DNA of 64,000 nucleotides, taken from the NCBI GenBank assembly GCA_016186795.1, contig JACPKY010000002.1, forward strand, positions 604,771 to 668,770, read 5' to 3'. The stretch is from Candidatus Gottesmanbacteria bacterium. GTDB taxonomy: Bacteria > Patescibacteriota > Microgenomatia > 2-02-FULL-39-11. Position numbers and translations under genes: made by a program. Within the stretch, counting starts at the first letter, position 1, and the number at the start of each line of letters is the position of its first letter. Under the pieces are notes generated by a model. That model was given only the letters and a program-made list of their open reading frames with translations. It ran no database searches and was not told where the DNA came from. Shown one piece after another: positions 47,904-57,988 of the stretch.

Positions 47904-48304
47904 GTGTCTACGGAAGCCGGATGACTACCCTGATTTATTCGGGGAGGAAAGTCCAGACTGCTGAAGACGAGGGACTCGCGGTAACGCGTGATCCCGATTT
48001 AATCGGGACTGGTTCCCAAAAGCGAAAGCTTACGGGCCGATCCTTGAAATAACAAGGTGAGAGAGCAACAGAGACGAACGGAGATCTATAAGTCGCAAGA
48101 CCATGATCGACGAGTGAAACGAGGCAATCCCACCTGCAGCAATCTCCGAAAGGGCGATCCGCCAACTGGCGGAGACGGATGTCTTCCCGATGCCCGAAGT
48201 TTGAGAGCATCATCCCTAAAGGATGGCGGTAGTCGTCTTTAGGACGAAACCGAGAGAAATGGTCATCTAAAAACAGAATCTGGCTTACGAGCTTTTGTAG
48301 ATAT
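47904..48304 (+). ncRNA. rnpB: RNase P RNA
   Basis: GAGGAAAGTCC, ACAGA, GTGAAAC, AACAGAATCTGGCTTA; P1 pairs 47904-47917 with 48291-48304; TATAAT at 47894. Confidence 0.93.
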
Positions 48305-48320
48305 TGGAAAGTAAGAAATA

Positions 48321-49310
48321 TTATCTTGATGTTTGAGGTGGTTGTTCCCGAAACTTCATGTATTCAGAAAAGACGGTTTCAATGGTAACAACTAATGGGA
48401 CCGCAAGAACTGCTCCGCCTATTCCCCCAAGTTTTGCACCGACAAGAATAGAAAGAAGCGTCACGAGTGGAGGAAGTCCGACAGCTTGTTTCATAACATA
48501 CGGTACTACCAGATTATTCTCGGCCTGCTGAATAACAAAATAGAGTGCGGCAATTGCCAGAGCATATAAAGGTGATACCGTTAAAGCAACCAGAATCGCA
48601 GGGACTGCGGAAATTATCGGTCCAATTGTTGGTACTATTTCAAGTACGCCCGCAATGATAGAAAGGGGAAGAACATACGGAAGACCAAGGAGTTGAAGTC
48701 CGATAAATGTTGAAACACCAATGATTATTCCCAAGGTGAATTGTCCACGAACCCAAGAACCGAGACGTTCCTCTATTTTTTTGATAACAACTAAAAACCT
48801 CTTTGCACCTTCTTCTCCCAAAAAAGTCTCCAGCTGCATATCTAAATTACCTCGCTCCATAATTAGATAGAAAGAGATAACAAAAATCGTAAGTACTCCG
48901 ACAATATTATTAAAAACTCCGAGCGTCACTTTTAAAAGATTTTCCCCGAGCGGCGCGACCTGCTGAGTCAGTGCCTGAGGATCTATTGCAGCAAACGGTA
49001 CAAATTCGTTGATATATCGGGGAAGATTATCTGATAAATGAATTGTTTGAGAGACAAGTGGTGGAAGAAGTGCAGTTAAAAGAGATGCAATCCCTGCAAT
49101 AAAAAATACATAAATTGTGAGAGCCGATACCATCCGAGGTATACGCCATTTTTCCAGCGAATCAACCCACGGTTTTAAAGCCGACATAATAATGAATGCA
49201 ATAAATAGAAGCGATATAACTTCTCTCACTTGAACAAGAAGCCAAAGGAGAAGAAGAAAGCAAACGGTAAAGATAATCGTTCTATGTGATATTTCTATTT
49301 TCGTTGGCAT
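48321..49310 (-). CDS. AI-2E family transporter
   Basis: Multi-TM; P..GP, QQ.EN....P. Confidence 0.88.
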   Translation of the reverse strand: MPTKIEISHRTIIFTVCFLLLLWLLVQVREVISLLFIAFIIMSALKPWVDSLEKWRIPRMVSALTIYVFFIAGIASLLTALLPPLVSQTIHLSDNLPRYINEFVPFAAIDPQALTQQVAPLGENLLKVTLGVFNNIVGVLTIFVISFYLIMERGNLDMQLETFLGEEGAKRFLVVIKKIEERLGSWVRGQFTLGIIIGVSTFIGLQLLGLPYVLPLSIIAGVLEIVPTIGPIISAVPAILVALTVSPLYALAIAALYFVIQQAENNLVVPYVMKQAVGLPPLVTLLSILVGAKLGGIGGAVLAVPLVVTIETVFSEYMKFREQPPQTSR

Positions 49311-49336
49311 ACAAGATCTGAACGCTCAATTGATTT

Positions 49337-50308
49337 TCATTGAGTATACCATGTCCTCACTGTTTCCTCTATATTTTCGATACAATGAGTATCTGACGGA
49401 TTAAACCAGTGAACATCTCTTTCTTTTCGAAACCACGTAAGCTGCCTTTTTGCATACTGATGCTCTTTCCTCTCCCATAGAGAAATTGTATCCTCTAAAG
49501 ATGCCTGTCCCAGAAAGAATTGTCGAAACTGCCGGTAACCTAATGTATTCATTCCTGGAGATTCCCAGGAAACTCCAGAGGAAAGCAGTTTTTGTATTTC
49601 CTCTCTCACTCCATTCTTTACCCTCTTCTCAACTCGATTATTTATATTTTGAATTCGTTGTTCAATTGGTACCTGTAAACCAATTTTTAAAACATCATAC
49701 AATGGGAGTAATGAAGAAGGAGCTTTTTTCCCTCCTTTTGCAACTTCAATTGCGCGAATTAGTCTTCTGGGATTAAAACGATCTGACTGGTTCATCTGTC
49801 CCCACTTCTTTAAATTACTTTTCTTTAAAAGTACTTGCAAATTCTCAACCGACATACTTTGCAGTCTTCTTCGCAGGTGAACATTCGGAACCACATCAAT
49901 GGTTTGAATCGGATCAGTCAAGCTTTTAATATATAAACCGGTACCTCCGACAATAATCGGCAGATGCATATGTTCATAAATTGTGTCGATGGTCTTGAGT
50001 GCAAGTGTGTGAAAGTGTGCAACACTCCATGAATCTTTGGGCTCAACCAAATCTACTAACCACACGGGAATAGTACCAACCGTGTAATACCCGTATGTTA
50101 CCTCTATACCTTTCACCAGAAACGACTTTTTTAAAAGAGTAAATCGTGAAGATGCTGGAATATCTTTCCCGGTACCAATATCCATGCCTTTGTAGATTTG
50201 TCTACTATCTGCCGATACTATTTCACCAGCAAATCGCCGGGCGAGACGAAGTGCTACATTGGTTTTCCCGGAGGCGGTAGGTCCCAAAACTATAAGGAGT
50301 TTATTCAT
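49337..50308 (-). CDS. miaA: tRNA dimethylallyltransferase
   Basis: GPTASGKT, SADSRQIY, GGTGLY, YAKRQLTWF. Confidence 0.95.
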   Translation of the reverse strand: MNKLLIVLGPTASGKTNVALRLARRFAGEIVSADSRQIYKGMDIGTGKDIPASSRFTLLKKSFLVKGIEVTYGYYTVGTIPVWLVDLVEPKDSWSVAHFHTLALKTIDTIYEHMHLPIIVGGTGLYIKSLTDPIQTIDVVPNVHLRRRLQSMSVENLQVLLKKSNLKKWGQMNQSDRFNPRRLIRAIEVAKGGKKAPSSLLPLYDVLKIGLQVPIEQRIQNINNRVEKRVKNGVREEIQKLLSSGVSWESPGMNTLGYRQFRQFFLGQASLEDTISLWERKEHQYAKRQLTWFRKERDVHWFNPSDTHCIENIEETVRTWYTQ

Positions 50309-50696
50309 GTACCGAGATGATAACCGTTCTCTCTCGGGGTCCGTCAAATTCCATAAGAAACACCTCTTGCCAATTACCTAAGAGAAGCTTTTTATTCTGA
50401 AATGGTACTGAGAGAGACTGGCCGACAAGAGAGGATGCCATGTGAGACCATGCATGTGAAGGATCATGAGCATGTCGAAAATGAATATCTGGGATAATAC
50501 GTTCCATTACTTCGAGAAAATCCTGATCCGTACCTTCGCCTACCTCTCCGACAGAAATCGCAGCAGTTGTGTGCCTTACAAAAATCGTACAGACCCCTTC
50601 TTTTCTATTGACTTTCTCAAGGATGTTCTCGATTTGTTTCGTAAAAGGAATAATTTCTTTCTTCTTATTCGTTTCGATTCGTATCTGATCTATCAT
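50301..50696 (-). CDS. YjbQ/UPF0047 family protein
   Basis: HTTA, H...., LGNWQ..FLMEFDGPR. Confidence 0.88.
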   Translation of the reverse strand: MIDQIRIETNKKKEIIPFTKQIENILEKVNRKEGVCTIFVRHTTAAISVGEVGEGTDQDFLEVMERIIPDIHFRHAHDPSHAWSHMASSLVGQSLSVPFQNKKLLLGNWQEVFLMEFDGPRERTVIISVHE

Positions 50697-50707
50697 AGTT
50701 GGTATAC

Positions 50708-51931
50708 TTAATGTACCGAACCCTTTTGTCTTGGAGAATTAATCATTTTTTCCAAAATGAGCCATCGCCTCTTCTTCTCTTTATGCACTACATCATCGTG
50801 GAACACTTTATGTGCTGCAGTTTGGGGACGATCAGAATAGAGAGAAATATATGCTTTGTAAAATCCAACTTTTTGAACTAATTTACAAGTATCTTCAAAT
50901 TCTTCTTCTGTCTCCCCACAAAATCCAACAATAATATCAGTCGAAAAGCGGACATGTGGAATTTTCGTTCGTATCCTTTCAATGAGAGAAAAGTAGATTT
51001 CTTTCGTATACCACCGATTCATTCGCTTCAAAACGGAATTACTCCCCGATTGAACAGGGAGATGAATTGAGCGAGTAATGTTTGGATTTCGAGAAATCAC
51101 ATCAATAAGTTTGTCGGAAAAATCCCATGGGTTACTTGAAAGAAAATCAATCAACTCAATTCCCCTAACATGCGCAATATCTTCTAACAGATAGGGAAAA
51201 AGTGTGGGAATACGCAGACGATTGAGATGTTTCACAAATACTGGTTCAATTTTCTTTCCACTCGGAAGGACAAAACCGGTTTTTTTGCTTTCGGAAGATT
51301 TTGGGAAATAGGTTTTTTCTAAATCTCGAAGTACATGGATATTACCTAGTCCCGAAACCAGATCCGCACCGTAGGAGTTAACATTCATTCCTAGTAGGGT
51401 AATTTTCTTATAGCCGGTCTTTGCAAGTTGCTCGCATTCGCCGATTACATCTGTATATGGCCTACTTATTTCCCGACCACGGGTAAATGGAACGACACAA
51501 AAAGTACAGAAATTATTACATCCATTGGAGATTGGTACCCATGCATGAGTTATCTCAGTTCGAAGTGGTGCATGATCAAAACCAACCTCCTCAATTGGTA
51601 AAAATTCATCTACAGCCGGCATTCTTTGCCGGATGAGCTTTAAAAACTTTCCCGAACTATCACGTAGCGCCATTCCTACCATACAACCAGTTACAACAAT
51701 TTTCTCAGGGAGTCCTTCTCTTTTTCGAACGAGGGAGAGATTATGAACAAGCCCATACACTCTCGTCTCAGCCTTTTCTCGAATCATGCATGTATTGATC
51801 ACAACGTGGTGAGCGCTCTCAATGCTGGAAGCTTTTTTCATTCCTTTACTTTCATATGCATTGGCAATACGCTCTGAATCCGCAACATTTTGTGCACAAC
51901 CAAAGGTTTTTATAAAATATGTCTTTTGCAT
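50708..51931 (-). CDS. miaB: MiaB-like radical SAM methylthiotransferase, no TRAM domain
   Basis: TFGC..N..DSE, NTC, CNNFCTFC, HLPVQSG; near miaA. Confidence 0.82.
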   Translation of the reverse strand: MQKTYFIKTFGCAQNVADSERIANAYESKGMKKASSIESAHHVVINTCMIREKAETRVYGLVHNLSLVRKREGLPEKIVVTGCMVGMALRDSSGKFLKLIRQRMPAVDEFLPIEEVGFDHAPLRTEITHAWVPISNGCNNFCTFCVVPFTRGREISRPYTDVIGECEQLAKTGYKKITLLGMNVNSYGADLVSGLGNIHVLRDLEKTYFPKSSESKKTGFVLPSGKKIEPVFVKHLNRLRIPTLFPYLLEDIAHVRGIELIDFLSSNPWDFSDKLIDVISRNPNITRSIHLPVQSGSNSVLKRMNRWYTKEIYFSLIERIRTKIPHVRFSTDIIVGFCGETEEEFEDTCKLVQKVGFYKAYISLYSDRPQTAAHKVFHDDVVHKEKKRRWLILEKMINSPRQKGSVH

Positions 51932-51965
51932 AGCGCGGATAATTGTATCAAATCTGAGAATTTAT

Positions 51966-53189
51966 TCATTCTTTTGGCAGTATTTGCTTTGCAACTTCAA
52001 CCATTAATTTTTCAGCAATACTTTGCTTTGACGCTCTAGCAAGTTTTACATGTAATCCCTTTTTGGTAACAATGTATATTTCGTTTTCATCTTCTCCAAA
52101 ACCTATCCCTTTTCTTCCTACATCGTTTACAACAATAAAGTCTGACCTACTTTCGTCCAATTTTTTCATTCCAATTGATACAATCGCATCATCTGTCTCT
52201 TTATAAACGGCTTTAAATCCAATAAGCAAAACATGTGGATTCCAGGATTTCACCATGTTTAGTATTTTGGGAGTTGGCGTAAGACGTAGACGGAGAGGCC
52301 GACTACTGATAATTTTTCTCGAAGAGATTTCCCGTGGTTTAAAATCTGATACAGCTGCGGTATGAATGAGAATATCGATGTGGCTACTATACGCTTTCAT
52401 AATTGAGGTAAGATCGTTTGCACTTTCAAAAATTTCTTCCTTTACTTTCAAAGATGCTACGGCAGATTTTGCTCTTATCAAAATAACCTCTGCACCAAAA
52501 TCTTTACAGACTTCTGCAATTGCTTTTCCCATTTTTCCAGAACTTCGGTTGGTGATAACTCGAACCGGATCAATCATTTCCATTGTCCCTCCGGAAGTTA
52601 CCAGTATACGTTTTCCTCGAAGTATTTGTTTTTTATGAAGTACAGCACCTATCGTGTTCTCAATTTCTGAAATAGATACTAATCTTCCAACTCCTCTATA
52701 CCCACACGCTAAATCTCCACTGTCAGGATGAAGTATGGTGTATCCACGCTTCATAAGCATTGTAAGATTTTCCTGAACACGGGGATTTTCCCACATATGA
52801 GTATTCATCGATGGACAAACAATGACTGGTGCACGCGTTGCAATGGTAACTGTTGTCAACATATCATCCGCAATACCATGTGCAATTTTTCCGATTATAT
52901 TCGCAGTTGCCGGCGCAATGACAAAAACTGATGCACTATCGGCAAGCTGAATATGTTGCACTTTCCGCTGCCGAAGAATTTGTCTGTAGTTAAAATGCGG
53001 AGGGAAAAGTGTAGAAACAACAGGATTACCCGATGATTTTTCAATTTGTTGTACGTCAACCATATTTATTGCATGCTCTGTCATTACGACCTGGATCGCA
53101 TAGTTTTTCTGGCGTAGTCGTGCAATAAGAGCATTGATTTTAAACGCTGCAATACCGGAGGAAATGCCAATCAGAATCATTGTTTTCAT
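51966..53189 (-). CDS. coaBC: Phosphopantothenoylcysteine decarboxylase/ligase
   Basis: APATAN, PSMN, LACG, IDPVR.ITNRSSGKMG, AAVSDF. Confidence 0.92.
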   Translation of the reverse strand: MKTMILIGISSGIAAFKINALIARLRQKNYAIQVVMTEHAINMVDVQQIEKSSGNPVVSTLFPPHFNYRQILRQRKVQHIQLADSASVFVIAPATANIIGKIAHGIADDMLTTVTIATRAPVIVCPSMNTHMWENPRVQENLTMLMKRGYTILHPDSGDLACGYRGVGRLVSISEIENTIGAVLHKKQILRGKRILVTSGGTMEMIDPVRVITNRSSGKMGKAIAEVCKDFGAEVILIRAKSAVASLKVKEEIFESANDLTSIMKAYSSHIDILIHTAAVSDFKPREISSRKIISSRPLRLRLTPTPKILNMVKSWNPHVLLIGFKAVYKETDDAIVSIGMKKLDESRSDFIVVNDVGRKGIGFGEDENEIYIVTKKGLHVKLARASKQSIAEKLMVEVAKQILPKE

Positions 53190-53197
53190 AGCGCGAA

Positions 53198-53980
53198 TCA
53201 ACTTGAGGCAGATGTATAGGTATTGAGTGAATATCGCCAGAGCAGGAGGCTTGAAAGAAAGAGTGTCGTGCTCACAACCAGAGCAATTATAACACTTTCT
53301 ACCTGTAATAATCCTACCAGTGCTTTCACGGGAAAACTCATCATGATCCCGACAGGGATGATAAAGGTAACAAATGATCGAAATGGCTCACCATACACAT
53401 CGATTGGAATTTTTCCCATACTGGTAAAGTCTCTATAAATCATAATCGCATGATCAATTTCTGAGGTGAGAACTGCAAGTGAAAGTACAAAAATGTGGAA
53501 AGAAACTGCAATAAGGAGAGCATTTGCGATGAGTAAGATATACAGTATGACTCCCGGCAAATTAATGTATGGAATATGCGATACAGTAATGATAATAAAA
53601 ACAACAAACGGTATAAGTGTTACCAAATCTAGAAAATCCGTCCCGCCAAAAAGGACACGGAAGAGTACATTGACTGGTTTTACCAAAAGCAAATCAAAAC
53701 TACCAGAGACAACCATTTGTCGAAATCGATATACTTCGCGAAAAAGCATTTGTGTTGTTGAATCGATTAGATTAAACGTAAGATAAAAAAGTACGACCTC
53801 CCAAAGAGAATAGCCTGAAAGTACGCGTGTTTTCGATACAAGAAGATACAGAAAACCCAAGTAAAATATAAACCGTATAATTTTTCCGCTCAAAAATAAA
53901 ATGGCACCAACGCGAGAAAGAAAAAATACCTGGAAGGAATTTACTGATAGCGCGAACCAAACTCTGATGTATTTCTCCAT
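53198..53980 (-). CDS. ABC-2 type permease
   Basis: Six TM; GSFDLLLVKP, YTSASS end. Confidence 0.85.
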   Translation of the reverse strand: MEKYIRVWFALSVNSFQVFFLSRVGAILFLSGKIIRFIFYLGFLYLLVSKTRVLSGYSLWEVVLFYLTFNLIDSTTQMLFREVYRFRQMVVSGSFDLLLVKPVNVLFRVLFGGTDFLDLVTLIPFVVFIIITVSHIPYINLPGVILYILLIANALLIAVSFHIFVLSLAVLTSEIDHAIMIYRDFTSMGKIPIDVYGEPFRSFVTFIIPVGIMMSFPVKALVGLLQVESVIIALVVSTTLFLSSLLLWRYSLNTYTSASS

Positions 53981-53983
53981 GAT

Positions 53984-54781
53984 TTATTGTCCTACGGCAG
54001 TATAAATTCGAAGGCCCTTCCGCCAAATATATTCCATGACTCCAAAAAGCGCGACCACCCAAAAAAGGAGAATCAGGAAACCTTTGACAACAGAAATACC
54101 CGCTCCGTGCCCGATGAATAGTTTGAGTGGGAAATACACGAGATAGCTGAAGGGTAGGAACTCTAAAAATTTATAGATACTCTCAGGAAAGATATCTAGC
54201 GGAAAATAATTCCCTGCGAGAAATGAAACGAGAATAAAAAAAAGGAACCGAGGGGCCCATACGTCATTGACCCAAAATCCTAAGAAGGACAAAATCATGT
54301 TGATCTCAAAATACAAGATTGATGCACAAATTACCGCAAGGATAAAAAGGGCAATACTTCCCAAATCTCTTGCTATATACAGCGGTGGATGAAGAAGAAA
54401 AATAAGAATTCCCAACTCTATAAACGAGAAGAATGTATTGATGCATTTATCTGGCAAATCTCGAAAAACATTATAAAGAAAGTAATTTATCGGGCGGATT
54501 AAAAACCCATTGAGACTCCCTGAATTTATCTCCTCTGCCACTCTTGCTGTTTGAGTAGAAAGTACTATTCCGTTTATGAGGATCGTAAGCATTATGTACG
54601 TGAGTATCTCTTTTTGGCTGTACCCGAAAATAGAACCTTCATTTGGCATCACTGCAAGCCAAAGAAAATAGTTGATAAGCATGAAAAGAATCACTCGCAT
54701 CCTCCAAAGAAGAAAGTTGAGCCTGTATGCTAAATAATCGTAAAAGCTATTTTGTGATACAGCGATGTATTTTCTCATCAT
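53984..54781 (-). CDS. ABC-2 type permease
   Basis: YR, I.SG.L...LIRP, W..GL..Y.AVG. Confidence 0.85.
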   Translation of the reverse strand: MMRKYIAVSQNSFYDYLAYRLNFLLWRMRVILFMLINYFLWLAVMPNEGSIFGYSQKEILTYIMLTILINGIVLSTQTARVAEEINSGSLNGFLIRPINYFLYNVFRDLPDKCINTFFSFIELGILIFLLHPPLYIARDLGSIALFILAVICASILYFEINMILSFLGFWVNDVWAPRFLFFILVSFLAGNYFPLDIFPESIYKFLEFLPFSYLVYFPLKLFIGHGAGISVVKGFLILLFWVVALFGVMEYIWRKGLRIYTAVGQ

Positions 54782-55755
54782 GGTGATTTTTGAAAAACCA
54801 TTCGGATGACATCTTCAATTTCTACATCTTCTATATTCATATCATCAACAGGTAATGTGGTAAGAACTTTTGAGGCTATACTCTTTGCTTCCTTTTTAGG
54901 AACGACTAAAACAATCTTCGTGGGGGTAAAAGATTTAAGTTGTCCAAAACTACTCACGTCACTTTCTTTTACTCGTCTATTGAACTCAATTGTAAGAATT
55001 TTTGTATCTGCATATCGTTCTATGAGCTTTTCGAAATCACCATCATAGACAATCCTTCCCTGATCGATAACTAAAATCCGTCTACACAGTTGCCGTACAT
55101 CAGACATATAGTGGCTGGTCAATAAAATTGTCGCTTTGTATCGGACATTATAATCCGCAATAAAGTCACGCATTTTTTTTTGCATGACAACATCCAATCC
55201 TATGGTTGGTTCATCTAAAAAAAGTACTTTTGGACGGTGAATAAGGGCTGCAATAAGCTCCATCTTCATTCTTTGCCCAAGAGAAAGTTGTCGAACTGGC
55301 ACACGAATAAGGTCAGATATTTCCAATAGTCCAGAGAGTTCATTGAGCGTTTCAGAAAATGCACTATCTGAAATATCGTAAATTTCCTTATTAAGTTTAA
55401 ATGTGTCAAATGCCGGTAAATCCCACCATAATTGGTTTTTCTGCCCCATGATAAGACTAATTCTTTTTAGGAATTCATCTTTCCGTTCGTATGGAGTAAA
55501 TCCAAGCACCGATATGTTACCAGATGTAGGATAGAGAAGACCCGATAAGCATTTCAACGTAGTTGTTTTTCCGGCTCCATTTGGCCCGATAAATCCGACA
55601 AGCTCACCCTCCTGAATAGTAAATGAAATATCCTCTACCGCATGGACTGAGATGGTTTCACGAGCAACAACAGAACGAAGAGAAGAAAATATTCCAAAAT
55701 CACGCTTATATGTTTTGTAGATTTTTGAAAGGTTCGATACGGAAATTGTCATCAT
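54778..55755 (-). CDS. ABC transporter ATP-binding protein
   Basis: GPNGAGKT, LSLGQ, LDEPT. Confidence 0.92.
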   Translation of the reverse strand: MMTISVSNLSKIYKTYKRDFGIFSSLRSVVARETISVHAVEDISFTIQEGELVGFIGPNGAGKTTTLKCLSGLLYPTSGNISVLGFTPYERKDEFLKRISLIMGQKNQLWWDLPAFDTFKLNKEIYDISDSAFSETLNELSGLLEISDLIRVPVRQLSLGQRMKMELIAALIHRPKVLFLDEPTIGLDVVMQKKMRDFIADYNVRYKATILLTSHYMSDVRQLCRRILVIDQGRIVYDGDFEKLIERYADTKILTIEFNRRVKESDVSSFGQLKSFTPTKIVLVVPKKEAKSIASKVLTTLPVDDMNIEDVEIEDVIRMVFQKSP

Positions 55756-55797
55756 GGAGACATTGTATAGTATCTTTCAACTCACTGGAAGTAAACA

Positions 55798-55832
55798 GAA
55801 GAACTCTCTTCACGAACGAAAGAGAGTTCTTC
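55798..55832 (-). terminator. Hairpin downstream of HU
   Basis: GAAGAACTCTCTT...AAGAGAGTTCTTC 13-bp stem. Confidence 0.65.
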
Positions 55833-55849
55833 ATACGTAAACCTTCTCT

Positions 55850-56122
55850 TTAGCGAACAACTTTCTTTAATGCTTTCCCGGCGGTAAAACCAGGAGTTTT
55901 GCGGGCTGAGATATTAATAGGTTGTCCAGTTTGTGGATTTCGACCTTTTCTGGCGGCTCGAGACCGAACCATAAAGGTACCAAAACCAGTGACAACAACT
56001 TTGTCGCCTTTTTTCAATGCGTCAGAAATTGCTCCAAATACCGAATTTACAGCATCTTTCGCAGCTTTTGCTGTAAGGCTTGCTTTTTTTGCAACGTAGG
56101 CAATAAGATCAGCTTTGGTCAT
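55850..56122 (-). CDS. hup: HU DNA-binding protein
   Basis: MTKADL, GFGTF, GRNPQTG. Confidence 0.95.
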   Translation of the reverse strand: MTKADLIAYVAKKASLTAKAAKDAVNSVFGAISDALKKGDKVVVTGFGTFMVRSRAARKGRNPQTGQPINISARKTPGFTAGKALKKVVR

Positions 56123-56299
56123 AAAGTTCATTTCACCTCCTTTTGTAATCCCGATTGAATCGGGACGGGCAGAAGATTTTTTTGTATTGTCAGAACAATC
56201 CAGAATTCAATGTATTAGATTTTTTCGTTGTTGTCAAGCCCCGTAAACTATATCAAAGATATGAAGAATATAACGAAATGGCGTTAGAAGAAGAAAAGA

Positions 56300-57826
56300 C
56301 TAGTGAACTGTCTCTTGAATGCGAAGTTCCCGAATGAGAGTAATTTTGATTTGACCTGGAAATGTCGGGAATTTCTTCTCGATTTCCTCCCCAATTTTAT
56401 GTGCCGTGACCGCACTTTGGGCATCATCAAGTTTTCCGGGATCCACAATGACGCGGAGTTCTCTCCCTGCCTGGAGCGCATACGCCTTTTCAATTCCAGG
56501 AAATGTTGTTGCAGTATCCTCAAGCGTTTTAAGCCGTTTCACATACTCTTCAATATCCTCATATCGAGCACCAGGCCTTGCACCTGAAATAGCATCAGCA
56601 ATATACACAATAACTGCCTCAATAGAGGGGAACGGAATATCCTCATGATGTGCTGCAACGCAATCGATGACAGAGCTCGGCATAGCAAATTTCTTCAAAT
56701 ACTCAACTCCTAGTTGAACATGTGATCCATCTTTATCGGTAATGATTTTTCCGATATCATGGAGAAGACACCCAAGCCTCACAATATTGACATCAGCGCC
56801 TAATTCATTGGCGATGGCAATACCGATTTTTGTCTCTTCAAGTGTATGAACAATCATATTTTGTCCGTAAGAAAATCTATATTTGAATCTTCCAAGAAGT
56901 CCGATTAAGTCAGTCGGCATATTGTATACGCCAACCGCATGGCATAACTTTTCTCCCTCTGTGTACATTATTTTTTCTATCTCTTTCCTGGTTTGTTCAA
57001 CGAGTTCTTCAATCCGTACAGGCTGGATACGTCCATCTCGCAGAAGTTTCTCAAGTGTTACACGCGCAATCTCCCGTCTGACTGGGTCAAACGATGAGAG
57101 ACGAATAACACCCTCTTCATCGAGATCAACATCGACTCCAGTTGCCATTTCAAAGGCGCGAATATTTCTTCCTTCTTTTCCGATAATCCGTCCTTTAAAA
57201 TCTTCATCACTTATTTTGATTGTCGAGACGGTATATTCCGCAACATAATCTGTCGCACCGTGTCGCATAGCATCGATAATAATCTCTCGAGCCTTTGTTT
57301 CTGCCTCCAGCTTTATCTGATCTTGTGCGTCTTTCACTTTTTTGGCAATTTCTTCCTTAAGTTTTTCTTCAACGGCCGCCAAAATGAGTTCTTTTGCCTC
57401 CTCCCGCGTGAGGTGAGCCACTTTTTCAAGCTTCATGATAAGATCTGAGCGAAGCTTATCGACATCTGCTAGTCGTTTAAAAACTCCTTCTTCTTTTCCT
57501 ATTACCTGCCGTTCTTTATTTCCAAGCTCGGTAATTTTCTTATCAATACTTTCTTCTTTTGCAACGAGCCGCTGTTCGATATTTAGTGCTTCCTGGCGTA
57601 CTCTTCTTGATTCTTCTTCAGCCTCACGCTTAATTCTCAGTGCTTCATCTTTCGCTTCCAAAATAATTGTTCGAGCATCTTGCTGTACCGTAATAGATGC
57701 ATGTGGATCAGAAACTGGGGTTGTAGATTTCGCTGCCCCTTTCGGAACTCCCCCATCTTCCTTTGTTCCCAACTGTTTCTCAATTTTATCCAGTCGTGTG
57801 AGTATGACTTTTAGAACTTGTAACAT
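56300..57826 (-). CDS. rny: Ribonuclease Y
   Basis: KH motif GRIIGKEGRNI, HD motif LLHDIGK, AD.ISGARPGAR. Confidence 0.93.
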   Translation of the reverse strand: MLQVLKVILTRLDKIEKQLGTKEDGGVPKGAAKSTTPVSDPHASITVQQDARTIILEAKDEALRIKREAEEESRRVRQEALNIEQRLVAKEESIDKKITELGNKERQVIGKEEGVFKRLADVDKLRSDLIMKLEKVAHLTREEAKELILAAVEEKLKEEIAKKVKDAQDQIKLEAETKAREIIIDAMRHGATDYVAEYTVSTIKISDEDFKGRIIGKEGRNIRAFEMATGVDVDLDEEGVIRLSSFDPVRREIARVTLEKLLRDGRIQPVRIEELVEQTRKEIEKIMYTEGEKLCHAVGVYNMPTDLIGLLGRFKYRFSYGQNMIVHTLEETKIGIAIANELGADVNIVRLGCLLHDIGKIITDKDGSHVQLGVEYLKKFAMPSSVIDCVAAHHEDIPFPSIEAVIVYIADAISGARPGARYEDIEEYVKRLKTLEDTATTFPGIEKAYALQAGRELRVIVDPGKLDDAQSAVTAHKIGEEIEKKFPTFPGQIKITLIRELRIQETVH

Positions 57827-57988
57827 AGGACCTCCTATAGAAAATCTGTGATAATACTTTCAAGGAAGAGTAACAAGAAGAATAAAAGGAGTACGCGCTT
57901 ATGAACGCGTAGAAATAAAAAGACTGGCTTTACTAAAAGATGTTCGTCTCATCATATAATCCTTTTTATCCTTCTTATACATCAATCC

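Noticed and set aside
47935-48242. ORFs overlapping rnpB
   Set aside because: Spurious frames in the RNase P RNA
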